Shown here piece after piece: positions 1-18,031 of a DNA stretch of 64,000 nt. The notes under the pieces were generated by a model. That model made no database searches and was not told the DNA's origin. It worked only from the letters and a program-made list of their open reading frames with translations. A program made the position numbers and the translations under genes. Positions within the stretch are counted from its first letter, which is position 1; every line of letters starts with the position of its first letter. Source of the stretch: Tubiluchus corallicola (lineage: Eukaryota; Animalia; Priapulida); the NCBI GenBank assembly GCA_030141605.1, contig JAQGDQ010000113.1, positions 549,187 to 613,186 of the forward strand, in the 5' to 3' direction.

Positions 1-373
1 AACAGCAAACACTTGAAGCAAAGAATATTACATAAAAAAATCAGAACACGTGCAAAAAATTATGTACAAGTGGCAATTTTTATGCTCTGCAGTATTCAGG
101 AAATTATGAATAATGCAAGCAATGCTTTAGAGCTCCTTGTTTAGTCTTGGCCTACCATAAAATTTTTGCAATTTATACACAAATAATGTTACAACAATTA
201 GCAGGGATGCCACATTAAGCAAGTAGCAATTTATTTTGTTTGGGACACCACATTAGTAATAAAAAGATATTAACATTGCATTTTAATGATAAAGGTACTT
301 TTATGGCTTGCACGAATATCTAAAATTCACAGACTAATTTATTTTATGTTCAAATTAAATATCATAATATTAC

Positions 374-3300
374 CCGAAACTTTATCCACCTTTACAATTG
401 TAAGGTTAGAGCAGTGTTTGTCACACTCTTCCTTTGTCTTATAATCCCCGCTTTCATGCACGACGCATTGTACACAAGCTCTGTTCTCATCACACTGGCC
501 TTGGCAAGTTGGGCAATCCTCGCATGTCGGTCCGCGGAAGAGACTGTCCGGGTCGCACTTGCAACGCCCACATTCGCATACACCGTGTCCTAGTAGAAGG
601 TACAGATTTGGAAAGGTAACATTTTGAAACACATGAGAAATACAAGCTTTTTTCTTCAAAATTACTTTATTATCAGAAATAAACTACTTCAAATATATAC
701 TGATAGTTATGAAATGTATCTCAAAACAAGAAGTCATTTACATGTTAATTATACACTTGTTTTGAAAGTGGATCCTTTTAATAAACACTAAACGTCAAGT
801 CAAGTAAGTTACTCAATCAAACAAACTTATGACAAGATAATAATTCTCTTAAACACAGACCTGCACAATATTTTCCATTGGAAGCCATACAAGTTTCATT
901 GGAAGACGGACACTGGCAACGATCACCAGCGTACTGCGGCAAACAGTCGCACTTCCCGCAGAAACATGACCCCCTGCTGGATCCACCACAGATCAGGCCA
1001 TTGTAGACGCCACAGGAAAAGTTGTCACATTCGCAGTAGTCACCCCAGACCTTCTCACCAGGGTTCTGATAAACAAATGAAAAACGCTTAGAAAAGACTG
1101 AAAGCAAAACTCATTTTTACCAGTTAGTACAAGTATGCATCTGTATCCATCTATTATAAAGTAGATGTCATCATTTTCAGAAGAAAATGCACATCTATTG
1201 TTAATATAAACGATAATCGTCATACTATCAATCAGCTAATACAGTTGCCTAGCATTCTTGTGTAAAATACAAAACATTGAGCACAAGCCTGCTGAGTTTT
1301 TGCACCTCCCTTTACGCGATACTTTGTGCCTAATCTTTCATTCCCACAAAATAATCTCATTTCCTGCTTTTTCCCATGACTTACACTTATAAACTTTAAA
1401 CTGTATTACTGATAACCATTTTAAATTTTGTTTCTTTTGATTTCTAATTCTAATAATTTTGTTAGCATGTGTTGAAAATCTAAAATTATTTATTTCTGTG
1501 ATTATCTTACAAGTGTACAGCAGTCTCTACTAGTAAGTAAGCAACCATTTTCTGTTAACGTATATCGGGAAACCGTAATCAAAAATACTCACGTCTCTCA
1601 CGTAGCACTCACATTCTCCACATATGCACTCGCCACGTCCGTAGCACACGGGTGCGTTAGTGTCGTTTGACAACCGGCAGGTTATGTCGCTGGCATCTCC
1701 AGCATATTTCTCTGCATCACATTCACAATGTCGACCCTTGAATCCGGGTGGGCAAGAACAAATACCGCATTCATACGTGCCAGTGCCATTACAATAGGGG
1801 CTATTCGGTTTTTCATTTTCCGGTTTCTCACAGTCACATTCACAGATGACATCTAATTTTATCACAAGCTCCTCATTGATGTTGACTGGCTTGATTTTCA
1901 ATTCCGTCTTGCCGTCCTTTGGACAGCCATTGACAGTAACAGTGATATCAAAGTTAACCTGAAAGAGCAAGTCACAAGTTAATTGTATTTATTTGGCTTC
2001 CTAACTACCAAACAGTGAACACTAGTGGTGAGACATTTTCACATTTGATTAATAGGAAACGAAGTTGATTTGTAATTGACCATAATCGGTTTTTAGGAAT
2101 AAGAGATAAGTAATTTCGAAACTTTAAGAGAAGGAACACGCACGAAAACTTTGTGCTTATATTAATGAGAAACTTTTGCACTATGGAGGTGATATAGGAG
2201 CGCCATGTTACTATGCAAAGGCAGAGCCATAGAGGGAATACTATTAGATTTTACCATAATGATGGCTATATTTGATGTACAGATTTTGTGGATTTTCCAA
2301 AAGATAAGTTGAAAATGGTACTGGTAATACAAACTATTTGCACAGACAGTTGAAAAAATATGCGATAACTGAAAATAACTTAATCTCGAATTGAATATTA
2401 CTGATTAAATTGACTTATTGGTCCCACCAGTACTGTACATCACGTACAGCAAACCCAGAACACTTATAGATTGGTGGGCCCTTCGTTTTGACTTGCTTCT
2501 CATAATTTCTTATCGATGATTTTAGCAGTGAAAATCCTTCCATTAGAAATTGAAAAACATTCTTATGTACTCTTTCGAACTGCACATATAATTATGCCAT
2601 TTGCAATTTGCAAAATCAATATAACACAATTTCTTTTCTAGATTTTACGGATAAACTATTTGTTCTAACTATAACATTTAATGATTCTAGGTGAGTTAAG
2701 ACAGATAAAACTACTACATACCGTATCCCCTACTTTGAGTCCCAGGCATTTGTTGCTGTCAACCACTTCCGTACCTAGGCAGCTGGTTCTATATTTCACT
2801 GTCACATTTTCTGGTTTATTGTCTGTTAATATCAACTCCGAGCGAATTTTCTACAAAAGCAAAACAAGACCTGTACTTCGACACAACTTAGCCATAACAA
2901 ACAATAATAACAAAGTGCTAAAATAGAATTTGATTCCAAGTGGCTGGCCACCAGGAAATGACAAAGATAAGAGACGATAATAACATGGTCTCCTTGGAAT
3001 TAGTCCTGTAATAGATGTTACAGGAAGCAAAATGGTGTAAAAAACTTACACACATCTACAGAGGCAACATCACAGAACCTCACAAGTAAGCAAAAGCAAA
3101 ACGGTACAGCAAGTCTCTTCACAGAATGATTTTGTAATTTTCAGTTTATGTTCAAGAAGTACTTCACGTCCAGCAAAAAAAGAACTTTTTTCTGATTCTT
3201 TGCTGAATATTGGCTTCAAACTAGTTAAAATTTGTATACACCACCTGAAATCATACACGAAAACTATTTATAGCTCAACAGTTTTTCAACATTCAAAACC

Positions 3301-6300
3301 TTATTACTTACATCGTAGTTTTCCTGCACAAGATCCACAATATTTGAAGAATCATTCGCAAGAATTCCGGCGGTTGATCCGTCAATCAATTTGCGCAATT
3401 CTTCGTACACATCGATCGTATTCTCCGTCACAGCAAAAATCAGGTTCACAGACTTTTCCTTCACCATGCTGATGAGTTGACTAATAGAGGGGTAGTCCTA
3501 AAGTAGTCATAATAATCAATTACACATTTGTGAAGGCTAAACAATAAGCAGGGGAATGCTAAATGACTAGCTAGGAATTTTGTCAAATCTCATCATGGTA
3601 CACTACACATTTCTAAAGTTTGCAGTATGCTGTCCCACTTCTTAAAATTAATCTCAAGTGGCACATATTAATTACAAAGTACATTTTTCTTTTCTGTTCA
3701 TGTACTCAAATGCTTTTTTCTCCAATTTGAGATTCAAGTTATTTGGCTCTATAACTGCTAGAAACATGGAAGATACTATTTTGAATGCAATCAATCTACT
3801 AGTCATAGGCTGTTGTAGATCAAAACAAAGAACAGTGAAAATGCAAAAAATAAAACTAGACTGTTATTTATAACTAAGTCATAAACTTAAGATTACATCG
3901 AGACCCTTCATTTGATACACTACAAGCTAATATTTTTCAATACTGGGAAAATATCTGTGCCCGACCCACCCATTTTCGGTTTTTCCCCTAGCAGAAAGTT
4001 TTTCACTAAACAAATAATTCATATTCAACCATGCACAAGAACTTGACCCACCTAGTGAAATATCAAAAATTGCAGCCCTAGCTCAAAAACTGTGTCAGCA
4101 GACTACAGCCTAAAGAAAAATAAATGAACACTCGTCCATTCCATTACTTTTGACCCGGCATTCTCGGATGACACATAAACATCGTTTATTTTACCTAAGG
4201 TTGACCCACTTAGGTATTCTGTACTGTATTACAGAATATTAATTATGAAGATTTATAGTAAAGCAAATCCAAAAGCGTTAGATACAGGAAAACATTCACA
4301 TACCAGCTCTGTGCTCATTGTGTACTCGTTGTTCCTCATGTGGCAGTGACCATCATTGGGCTTCACTATCCCTCCCAACTTGCCATCGCCGGCATAGTGA
4401 AAACTGGCATCCGTAGAAAAGATTACCAAATGCCGTGCCGCCTTCCGCCAACCAATCTCGTTTTCACAAGCGATGGCTTGAATTAGAGCGTCCATTCCGC
4501 CTTCTGGTGAATCAAGATTACCAGATACGGGGACCTCATTCACTTTTTTCTAAACAGAAACACAAAAATGAGTAAATTTACTAGTTGCAATGTTAATCTA
4601 AGATGTATTCGCCATACACGAGAGGTAACACAAAAAACATTAAGCGTTTTCAAAAATGATAATTAAACCTGTCGATCAGTTTAACACACTGACGTCACGC
4701 CATTATCCTAGGGATTTTTTTCCAATTGCCGAGTACGAAATAACACGTAGCAGCACTGTAGCTAGCATACGATGCGGAAAATGTCTGCTCGAAATTAAAA
4801 ATCCTACAGTATTATGCCATGTCACATAAGTGCAAAGTGCATACACAAGCAGCAGCCAACTGCTAGAAAAGGTTTTGGATAAGTTGACGGACTGACAAGC
4901 TTTCCTGAGCAGGTTATATTGGCACTTTCTCAACTAAGCTTATACTCATTGCAGCAGTGGGTAAATCGCCACCTTGTTACTAGTACGAGAATAAAAACTC
5001 ATGGTTAACAGTCACTGTGTTAGAAGCACTAGCACTCTTTCCTTTAAAGAAGCGGGCAAAAGGGGAAAACAATTAATAATAAAGTAAAAATAAATAAAGA
5101 ATAAGTAAGAGTGTGTAACATTTAATGCAACTCCATGTCATATAGAAAACATTGGTGTGGGGTTTTTCGGCTTAACTGTACAAAAATAGATGCTTCTTTT
5201 TTCACACAATCTGGCACCCTGCAAGCAGAAATCCAGTACTCAATGGCAAAACCTACTTAATGTGGGTGGGAGTGACAGGACCAAAACCTAATTAACTATC
5301 AAGTCTTATCCTCTGGCATTGGCAAGCATGTGAATACATCCCCAACTAGCTAAACAGCCATTATCCCTACTGCGAATAAAATCTCTTAGAGCAAGTATTT
5401 AATTCAGCAATTGCACATACATTCGCTGACCTATGTTGCTCAAGTGTTGATCAACATTGGTTGCAAAGCAAATGGTAGCCATTGGGAGGCCTACAACCTA
5501 TTAAACAACATTCAACAGCAATTCACATAAAGACCTAAAACACAATATGTAACACAAACTAAAATGATTCAAAAAAACTTACCGCAAATAACGGAGTATC
5601 TACAGTCAGCGACAAGTGGTTTTTGAAGCCATAGGGAGCAGCACAACCTGTGCACGGCTCGTTCAGTTTATCTGGCACAGTGCTTACGTAAGGCATCACT
5701 GTCTTATCTACAAACGATCCAAAACCCAGACGGAAATTCTTCGTTATTTCTCTCATCTTGTCAGCTGTAACAATGAAAGCTTGTAACTTAGTTTGAGAAA
5801 CTTATGCTTGTGGCTTTCGTAGTAAAACTATTGAAATTATTGCTGTACGGTCCACGGCACATTGTAGCTAGACGTTGTACAATGTTTTCCTTGTAAAATC
5901 TATTTGTCAATGAAGATCTTGGGAATTATGAAGACTTGAATAATAATGTCAAAATACACGTTGTACTTAACGGAGTTGAAGACAGTAGGATCTCAGTAAA
6001 TTATAAGATATTTACTGTTGGGCATAATTATATTAAAGAAACTAAATGTTTTAACTTAAGCTAAATTCAATATTTTCACTTGGTAATATTATGTATTATT
6101 ACATTCGTTTGCCTCATACTTACTAGATTGCGACTGTCTTTTTCATTAAATTTTATTGCACTTGTCTAATTGTTACATAGATCCTAATTGTACACTTTGT
6201 CTTTCATGTATTGTATTTGTATTACCTCTGTAACCACAGGACTTTTGTATCAGTTTTACTGTATGTCCAAAGGTTGTACAATAAATATGTTCAAACTAAT

Positions 6301-9230
6301 AAAAGCTTAGCAGTCTAACAATTACTGAACCCACGATTTTGATATGTCATCAAATCGTGTGCATATTCACACGCCATAATACCAAGAATTGAAATTCAAA
6401 TATACTTAACTACAACTAGAATGGAAATTCAGAATTCAGACTCCTTAAAGAAATGGAATGCACCTGGTTGTGTATAAAGTTCATGTGAAATTAATTTTGC
6501 TGCTCATGCTTACAAATGTAGTAATATGCACAGACAAGTTCTTTTTACAACAATCCTCTGACAGAGAGCAAATCACTGCATTTTATTCTTTTATTTTTTT
6601 CTGAAACCTAATAATAACAAAATTCAGAAATTACTGCAACTTACGTAAATATGTTTAACAGCAGCAATAATAATCAGAGTAGTAACTCAAAATCATTACA
6701 GCTTTGAAAGGACTGGTAGTGAATTCAAATTAATTAAAGTAAACAAATCCACAAATGATGAAAATATAAAAGTTACTAGTTAAACCATACCAAGCAGATC
6801 ACCGAGCGCAGCTACTCGATCCTTGTCATCTTTCATGGAGTTGGACAAGTCCATAAGATAGTACAAGTCAACAGGGTAGTCCTCAGCTTGTCGATACTGC
6901 ATGGTGATTGTATATGGATTATCTATAAAACACAAAATCACGTATATTCCAACACATTGCTTTTCACACAATTATCATATCAAAAATAACATTTGAGCAG
7001 TTGCCAGATTACCCAAAGTTTTCTTAGTAAGGACTAATGGCTTTCTCTATATAATAAAAACGTTTAAAAAACTGCACTGGATTAAGTGTTATTAACGGTT
7101 TTAATATTCTTAGTAAATGCCTCACTAAATAACTTTTTATGAGATGTTACACCTAATCAAAAATTTTCAACTATGAATTTAAATAAAAACTGTTATTGTA
7201 TCAATAATGAACAAAAGCCACACCAAGTACAATTTATAAATGCACACTGATCTCTCAAATTTATTTTGTTTTATCATGGATGCAGAATGTATATAGCTGT
7301 GAGGATATTAGCTGAGTGGTGACAGTATGTGCTTAGCGACAAAAATGAAACAATGTCATGTCTGCTTAGTAAATAGAGGGCTGACTACCAGGATAAGTGC
7401 TTCTGAAAGTGAGGAATTCTATCTGCCATACTACCCTGAATAAACACCTCTTCTGGGAGGGTCTAAGAACATGGCTAAGCTGTCTCTGCCTGTTCACTAT
7501 CTCATCTTACAAAATTATGAAGAGATAGGTTCTGGTCCTACCAGAACAAGCTACATTAGGGCAAACACTCAATGACCATTTTCAACTCTCTAGGCCCTAG
7601 ATAGCATGGCATAAATAAAAAATAAAACAGTGAAAACACCTGTCACATGAAAAGTATAACAAACTGGGGCTACTTGCAGCGCTTACACTGCTTAGGAGCC
7701 ATGCACATATAACGATATTAAGTTACGATAGGTGGCAGGAGATGCGATAACTCCATTATAACACAAGGTAGGAAGGTCTTCGAAATTGGCTGAAAACTTG
7801 ATATCATTATATGTGGATGGCCCCTTAGGAAAATCAAACATCAAGTGTATCAACTCACTTGGTCGGATCTTTAGAGACATTTCTTGAGGATGGACTTGAA
7901 CCGCTTCCTCGTCTGGACCGACGGATCCCTCCGTCAACGGATCAGCTTTGGTGATATCTTTTTCTGTCGTGGGGTTAGTTATATTCACCCTATCACAACC
8001 TTTAGCAGCTAAGTTACTGTACGTGTCACAACGTGTGCCATCAATGCCCTAGATAAAAAATATCGAACTGGAGAAGCTAATACATAAAAATCTGCATCAT
8101 TTTTTATGTAGATATATAATATGGAAAAATTGTATGGAAAAAGAAAAGGAAAGATTCTAGGTCAAGCTAAAAATTTATGCGATTTTTTGTGCCTTATTCA
8201 AAAACTGCATCATTTACAACGTAGATACACAATATGAAAAAATCACGTGGAAAAAGGAAAAGAAAGATTCCATGTACAGCTGAAATTTTATTCGATTTTT
8301 GGTGAATTATTCAATTCTCAAATTTAAATTACATTTTAAAAACAATTAAAGGACTTCAAAATCATCACATGCTGGTAATACCAAAAATTCAGGGAATTAA
8401 TTCCTAAGTACATCAAGTAAACTGCACAGTGTGTGTTAACCAAAACTTGCCTTTTTCATGTATAGATGACTACTTGTAAATATAGACCTGACGAATTAAG
8501 CAAATAAAGGTTAAAACAAACAAAGGTGCAAATGCTCACTCCCAGTATCTGAACGTGAGTTAAAGCAAACTCATCACACTAAATGTTTTCTCAGAATCTC
8601 CAGTTACATAATGCCTTAAAAATCCACACTGAATTATAGGTTTTGTAAAAATTAGACCCCAATGTTTTTGTAGATATATGTTATTATACGATAATACTGA
8701 CTCACAGAAACTCACATTTTTTTCTTAACAACAGGCCAGGTTTTTTTAATAGATGAGGTCAATATGAAAAAAATTACTAGACTAGAAATTAGATAATTTC
8801 TACATTCATCACTTTGGTTAATTAATATAATTGATCAACCTAAGCAAAGCAATTAACTGGTAAGAATATAGCAATTAATTTGATTAAAAAATATACGTAA
8901 ATGTTAACTAGACTATGAAATAGATAAATAAATAATTATGTGGTGCAAACATTTTAATCATTAAGGGAGTGAGTTACTGCATAAATCTTGTTTGTATACT
9001 ACAGCAATACCGGCAGAGCACATGTACCACACAAATACTGTTATATTGTTGAACTATAAAAATAACCAAACACTTACTTCCTGTTCACACCAGGCACAGT
9101 TTGGATTTGAAGTTATACATATAGCACAGGTTTTATAAGATGTACACTGATTGGAAGAGGAGACTTGGTCCTGAGATAATACACTTGTTACAGCATATAA
9201 CACAAATACTAAACACACTGACAGTCTCAT
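374..9230 (-). CDS. Integrin beta subunit (beta1/betaPS-like), 5' ten coding exons; gene continues past the left window edge
   Basis: Hand-spliced exons, all GT..AG with consistent phases: 9078-9230 ([19 protein letters not shown] signal peptide + PSI CAWC), 7859-8048, 6791-6922 ([20 protein letters not shown] DxSxS), 5583-5764 ([11 protein letters not shown]), 4304-4549 ([21 protein letters not shown]), 3312-3497 (DYPSISQL), 2722-2850, 1593-1958, 861-1065, 374-589 (Cys-rich I-EGF repeats and beta-tail). TM and cytoplasmic exons lie outside the window. Confidence 0.96.
8087..8313. repeat. Two diverged tandem copies of a ~114 bp unit in an integrin intron
   Basis: CTGCATCATTT..GTAGATA..AATATG..GGAAAAAG..GAAAGATTC..GCT..ATTTTTT..TTATTCAA repeated twice. 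Confidence 0.8.
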
Positions 9231-12200
9231 GTTTGTTTAAAATCCTGCAAAAATAAATAAAAATAAACACTTTCAACGGTTACTATCCATAATCCATTAA
9301 ACTGGATATTAAGACATGTAATTCAAGCATTTGCTAAGTTAACCCAAGTATTAACACTAACCAAATATCTAGCACATTTCATGGTCACTTTTACTGAAAA
9401 GCTGCATGATGCCAATGTGTAGCCTATGTCTTTATATTTTAGGGTAACCGATATATTTTAACATATTGAATGAAAAAAGAATTGGACCACCAGTTATTTA
9501 TTCTATGAATTTACACAAAGTGCAATTTCGTACAAAACTGTACTGTAACAAAACTATTTCAGAACTAGATTTCAATTGAATCTACAAAAGATTAAATAAG
9601 TGAACATCATTTTTAGGCCACGACTCGAGCTAAAAATTAATATATTTATTTTTACGCCTACTAAAATGCCTTCTAATCGTATTGCGCAACTTCATCAATG
9701 TCTTATAACCGTGACAATAATAATAATAATAATAACAGCTCACATAACTGATATTCAAAAGAAGCCACTAACCCTATATTTTCCAGTGATTAACAACATG
9801 CAGTGCCTTTGTTAGCTATTACCAGCTTTTTCGATTCTAAAAGATGACTCAAAGCTGAATCATACATGTGCCGTCTATGCACCCACAAACAGCCTGTTAG
9901 TAATGAAACATGATCCTCAAACACGAGCCTACAGTCTCTCTCTCTCTCACTAACACAAACTGTTCCAGTGACCCCCGCTCTGCATGCCAAGCAGTGGTTT
10001 CATCTGTATCCTAAGGATGAGAAATCTGCGGGTCGTACCAAGCACATTAAATATCTAATATTGTAAATCATTTAAGTATTATTTTAGAGATATTGGCTGT
10101 GTTGCCCCTTAAACTGCATTGAACAGGAAACTTGTCATCTGTGTAACAGATGTTTTTAAGAAGAACTACCCACATTTTTCTTTCGTCATGATAGCAATAC
10201 ACACATATTTTTCAGGTTTCTATATACGTAATATACACGTGTAGTCTTGGCTCATCAATAGGACAGATTTGTTGTGCTTGAAAGCATAGTAAAAGGACAA
10301 TTGGTAGAATGGCAAATAGTAATGGGTGATTTTGAAATTTTCTCATTCAATTATATCATCATTAATCTTTTGCGATAATTTTTTAGTGTTTTAGCCATAT
10401 TTTCAAACACTGCAGCACTGTAATATAGCCTTATAAACTTCTTCATGTCTTTCATCGCTGTGTGCCATTTTCGTACTCGCAAACTATTTTTATAGGCACA
10501 AATATTCATTAACTGCTCTATTACTATGTCAACTACACACATCACGCGAAAACAAATAAGCCACAGGTTGCAACACTATCAGTACTCTCACACTAATATC
10601 AGAGCTCATTTCTTCTCTTCTCGTGTTGTGGGCCCTTGGAATTCACTATTAAGTAAGTAAGTAAGTAAACTAATAAACTTACTTACTTACTTAGTAGTGA
10701 AATAGTTGGCGCATCAGATCTGCCGCAATTTCGCAAATTGTTGAGGAGAGACCGTCAATAACCGTGTTATGGTTAGGTCTCTTAGACTTCGCAAGCAAGT
10801 ATTTTGCAAGCAAGCAAGCTGTTAAGGTTACTATATCATATATATTAACTAAAACTAAGATGGGTTGTTAAAGTAAATGTGGTCCTCATGGATATGCATT
10901 GCTTAGCAGTGAGACATAGCTGTGAAAAGAATTTGTACGGGATGCCTGCCCGACTTATGTAGTGTAAATTACCGTAAGGTAAAAATACCTTATTAAATAA
11001 TAAACAGAGAATTATTGTTAGCGGTGTTAATCTATGTGATATCTTTAACATTAATGTGAAATAAATGACCTAATAATATGACTAAATTATTAATGGCATC
11101 TGAATCTCTTACCCTTATTTGAATGTGGATTTTGAATGCAATAAGGAATAAGGAATTTTGCAAAATCACGCCTTTTCCTTCTAAAAGCATCAGAATGTTG
11201 CCTAACGATGTGGTTTCTTTACAGCAATATTTGTACGTTTAGTTTTTGTAAATTATTTTGTGCGGTAATGAACAAGCTTCAAACATATAACTTATACTTT
11301 TCAAAGCTTGGTTATGTAGGAAGAAAAGACAAAATGTTTGATATTGAGAATTCAAATTGATGATAAATAATGGTGTCTGTGCTTGTAATGTGATAAAAAA
11401 TATTTTTACTGTGTGAGTAAGTAGTTTAGTTTTTGTGTCTGCTTGCTTATTCACATGACAGTCATAGACTCATAGTCAGTCACATGAAAACATATAGTTA
11501 AAGACTGACATTTAAATCATATTTTGATATTCACTAATACAGTTTTATAACTAATGTTCATCACAAAAACGTAGCAAATTAGTGATACTATACATTTATC
11601 TTAATTTTGAAGATGACGTAAACGTACACATTTATAAACGATAAATAAAACTTGAATTGTTATGTACATTACTTTTGGTTTTAAGAATTGCCTTCAGACT
11701 CAAAACTGCAAACTTTTATAATAAGATACGATGATGCTGAGACTGTACCAAAAGGTCAGTCATAATATAATTATTTTAAGACAAGAAGTATTTAGCATGA
11801 GTCAAGAGTATAATGTCACATACCATTAAAAGCCAGCAGTCCATCACTTAGCTGATTTAATGTTAAAAATAGTGACAAACTTTTGTTGCTAAATTGTAAC
11901 ATATGAAATTTAAGAATATAGACATTAATTTTATTAAACTTAACTGCAAGAAAAGCAGGCATAAAAATCACCTAAGAGGGGATAAATTTCTGAATTAATC
12001 TTATAAACTTTTATTTGCCACTAGTGACGGGCGATTAATAGATTAAACGAGATTACAACCATGTATAGATCGATACAGTAGGCTACTGAACGCTAATTCA
12101 GTTAATCGAGAGCAAAATATACGTGTTATCCCACCAACTAAAATGCAGTGTTTTAGCACAAATTAACGGAATTCTTGCATTCGTTTTTCTCACTCACTGT

Positions 12201-12459
12201 ACACAAACGCTGCAAATCTACGGTAGTCTACCATAAAGAAATCTATATTAAGGCTTATTAAATTATTACTTTGATGTAAAAGTAGAACAGAAGTGACAGC
12301 CGACCGTTAGCGCCTTAATATCTACGAATTAACATCAGCAGAAGCTGCCGAGAACAAATTCTTCTCTTGGCATGTACCGTACTTTGCAAAAACGTTTCTC
12401 TTTTAAAATCAGAAAATATTACTCTTTCGCAGTCAACTAATACGTAGAAAGCGACTCAC

Positions 12460-12615
12460 CTAGAAATAAAATAAAGTTTAAAACACCATTAAAAAGTTTC
12501 AAGTAAAGTCACAATATGACAAACATACAACACAACCTAACCGACTGCCAAGCCCAAAATAAATATGGCAAACCTACACAATTTTCGATGACGTCATCAC
12601 AAAACTGGAAGTGGC
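12460..12615 (-). promoter_or_regulatory. Probable non-coding first exon and promoter of the integrin beta gene
   Basis: Minus-strand donor AG|GTGAGT at 12460/12459 could join the acceptor at 9245. Just upstream: palindromic CRE GATGACGTCATC (12587-12598) and ETS-like CTGGAAGTG (~12606-12614). Confidence 0.5.
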
Positions 12616-14683
12616 TTCATTAATTTTGCCGTACGATGGCAGCACAGCACAGGAAACTCATATACCAGATGAGAAAGCGCATATTAATTATTTAACGCCA
12701 ATGTTAATACTACAACGTCGAAATAAATACAGCCATTTGAAAACCGCATGTACTGTTGTACACAATAACTGTTACTTTAGGGTAAGCTGAGATGGTTACT
12801 ATGTTTAATGAGCAGTGTTCTAACAACTCCATGGATGTGTCACATAAGCAAACCAATGTGGACTGACTGTGATTCAACTGATATAGTTTTTATTAATAGC
12901 ACCTGGTTCAAAAGCAAGCCCATCAAAAATTTAGCCTGAACAAATATGAAAGTAGACTAAGCAAAAGTAAAAACCATTGACATTTTTCTTTGACTTGTTT
13001 TACGACTAAAAGCATAGTTGTAATAGCTTTCTCGTCCGTGGAAAAATGCAGATCAGGTGTAGATATGCACCAATTAGCAAAATTAATAAAAATTATTTTA
13101 ATGCCTGACATGCAACACTTCTTTTTCAAACATCGCATATTTCTGTGAGAATAGTACAATAAGTGAACATAAATTGGTACAAAAAACTACCAAGGAAGCA
13201 ACTGATTGTCAACAAATAAAAATAACACAACGCGACTCATGGCTGAAGCATTACAGTTTATTCAAACATTAGTAAACACAAGACTTGACAGCATTGTAAT
13301 GAAAAACACGACTTACTGACTCGCCGACAATCACCGTACAAAATACAAACATGTGCATGCCTTTCAGCAATAATATAATCACACTGTTATGGAATAAATT
13401 CATACAATCCTCCTTAGTACTCGTATTCTGCCAAGTTAGTTATTATCGTATTATTTAAACATACAAAATATATTTTACATAGATTTAATTTATAAGTTTA
13501 CAAGCTGCTGTATACATGTATTATGGAGAGTAAACGGTTTTAGTTATCAGACAGAACAGTAAATAATCGACGTTGCATAGAAGAGGAGGAACTGCTACTG
13601 TTTTACATCATTAATGTGGAGTTTTCACTCAATATCTTAGCAAATAAGAGTTCCACTTCATTGAACTTACAAGGTTTTAAACCTGCACAAAGCAGAACTA
13701 TATACAGCAGGCCAGATACATTTATTTAGACAGGCCAGCAAGTAAAAATACAGGCTGTTTCAGTTGTGGAAAGGTAAATGACATATACTAAAAACATTGT
13801 GTATTCACACATATTTGTCATTCAACTCATGTTCTAATGTGACAACAACTATGGAACACATTTTCAATTAATATGCCAAAATTCAAAAGAAAAATCAAAC
13901 AAAAAAACGACAGGCCAATCACACATTTGTTCGTAGTAAAAAACTAAGACCTGACGGAGGAAGAAAAACAAATCAACATCAACAAAGAGAAACATGAAGA
14001 ACATGCAACTGCCTCTAGGAAAACTCACTATGCACCAAACATCCAAGTATATACAGCAACAGTTCATTTGGTGCTCAACTTAACTCTTTCTTTTTGATGA
14101 TGAGAAACGTGAACTAATAATAACATATGAGCAACAATGTAGTATATTACTAGTTAATACTTTTGCTGCCCCATTGGTCATACATAAAATAAAAGAATAG
14201 AGCACAAGTCTAATAGAGTGATATATTAAGTTCAGAAAAAAGCATTTTGTTATGGAAATATGACACAGCAGTGAGAAATATGACACAGCAATATTGATTG
14301 ACTTGTTACACACACTCACATTGGAAATTTTCAGCTCCAGATTAAGTAAGGTTGCGATAATATAATCCTGGTGCTAGAAAGTTTCTTTATGTGCACAGAA
14401 TTTTCTACAGATTAAGGTCACAATGAAATTTAAGAAATTTTCGTATTTTAGTTATCGTTGATGCTGTATCGTAGATGTTGCTACATTGCCATTTACTTTT
14501 TTCACAAATATATATTTCAAAACAGAAGAAGTAATGCCTTAACAAATGCGTTTGAACAAAGAAGGTAGGCCAGGAAGCAATAGTTAGAATTACAGGAAAA
14601 GTGTATGATGCTACGATATATCACCCTTTTAGACCGTCAGAAACCACAGATGCAAACTAGGAATAACTATTCTCTGGCTGATA

Positions 14684-18031
<3,348 letters not shown>

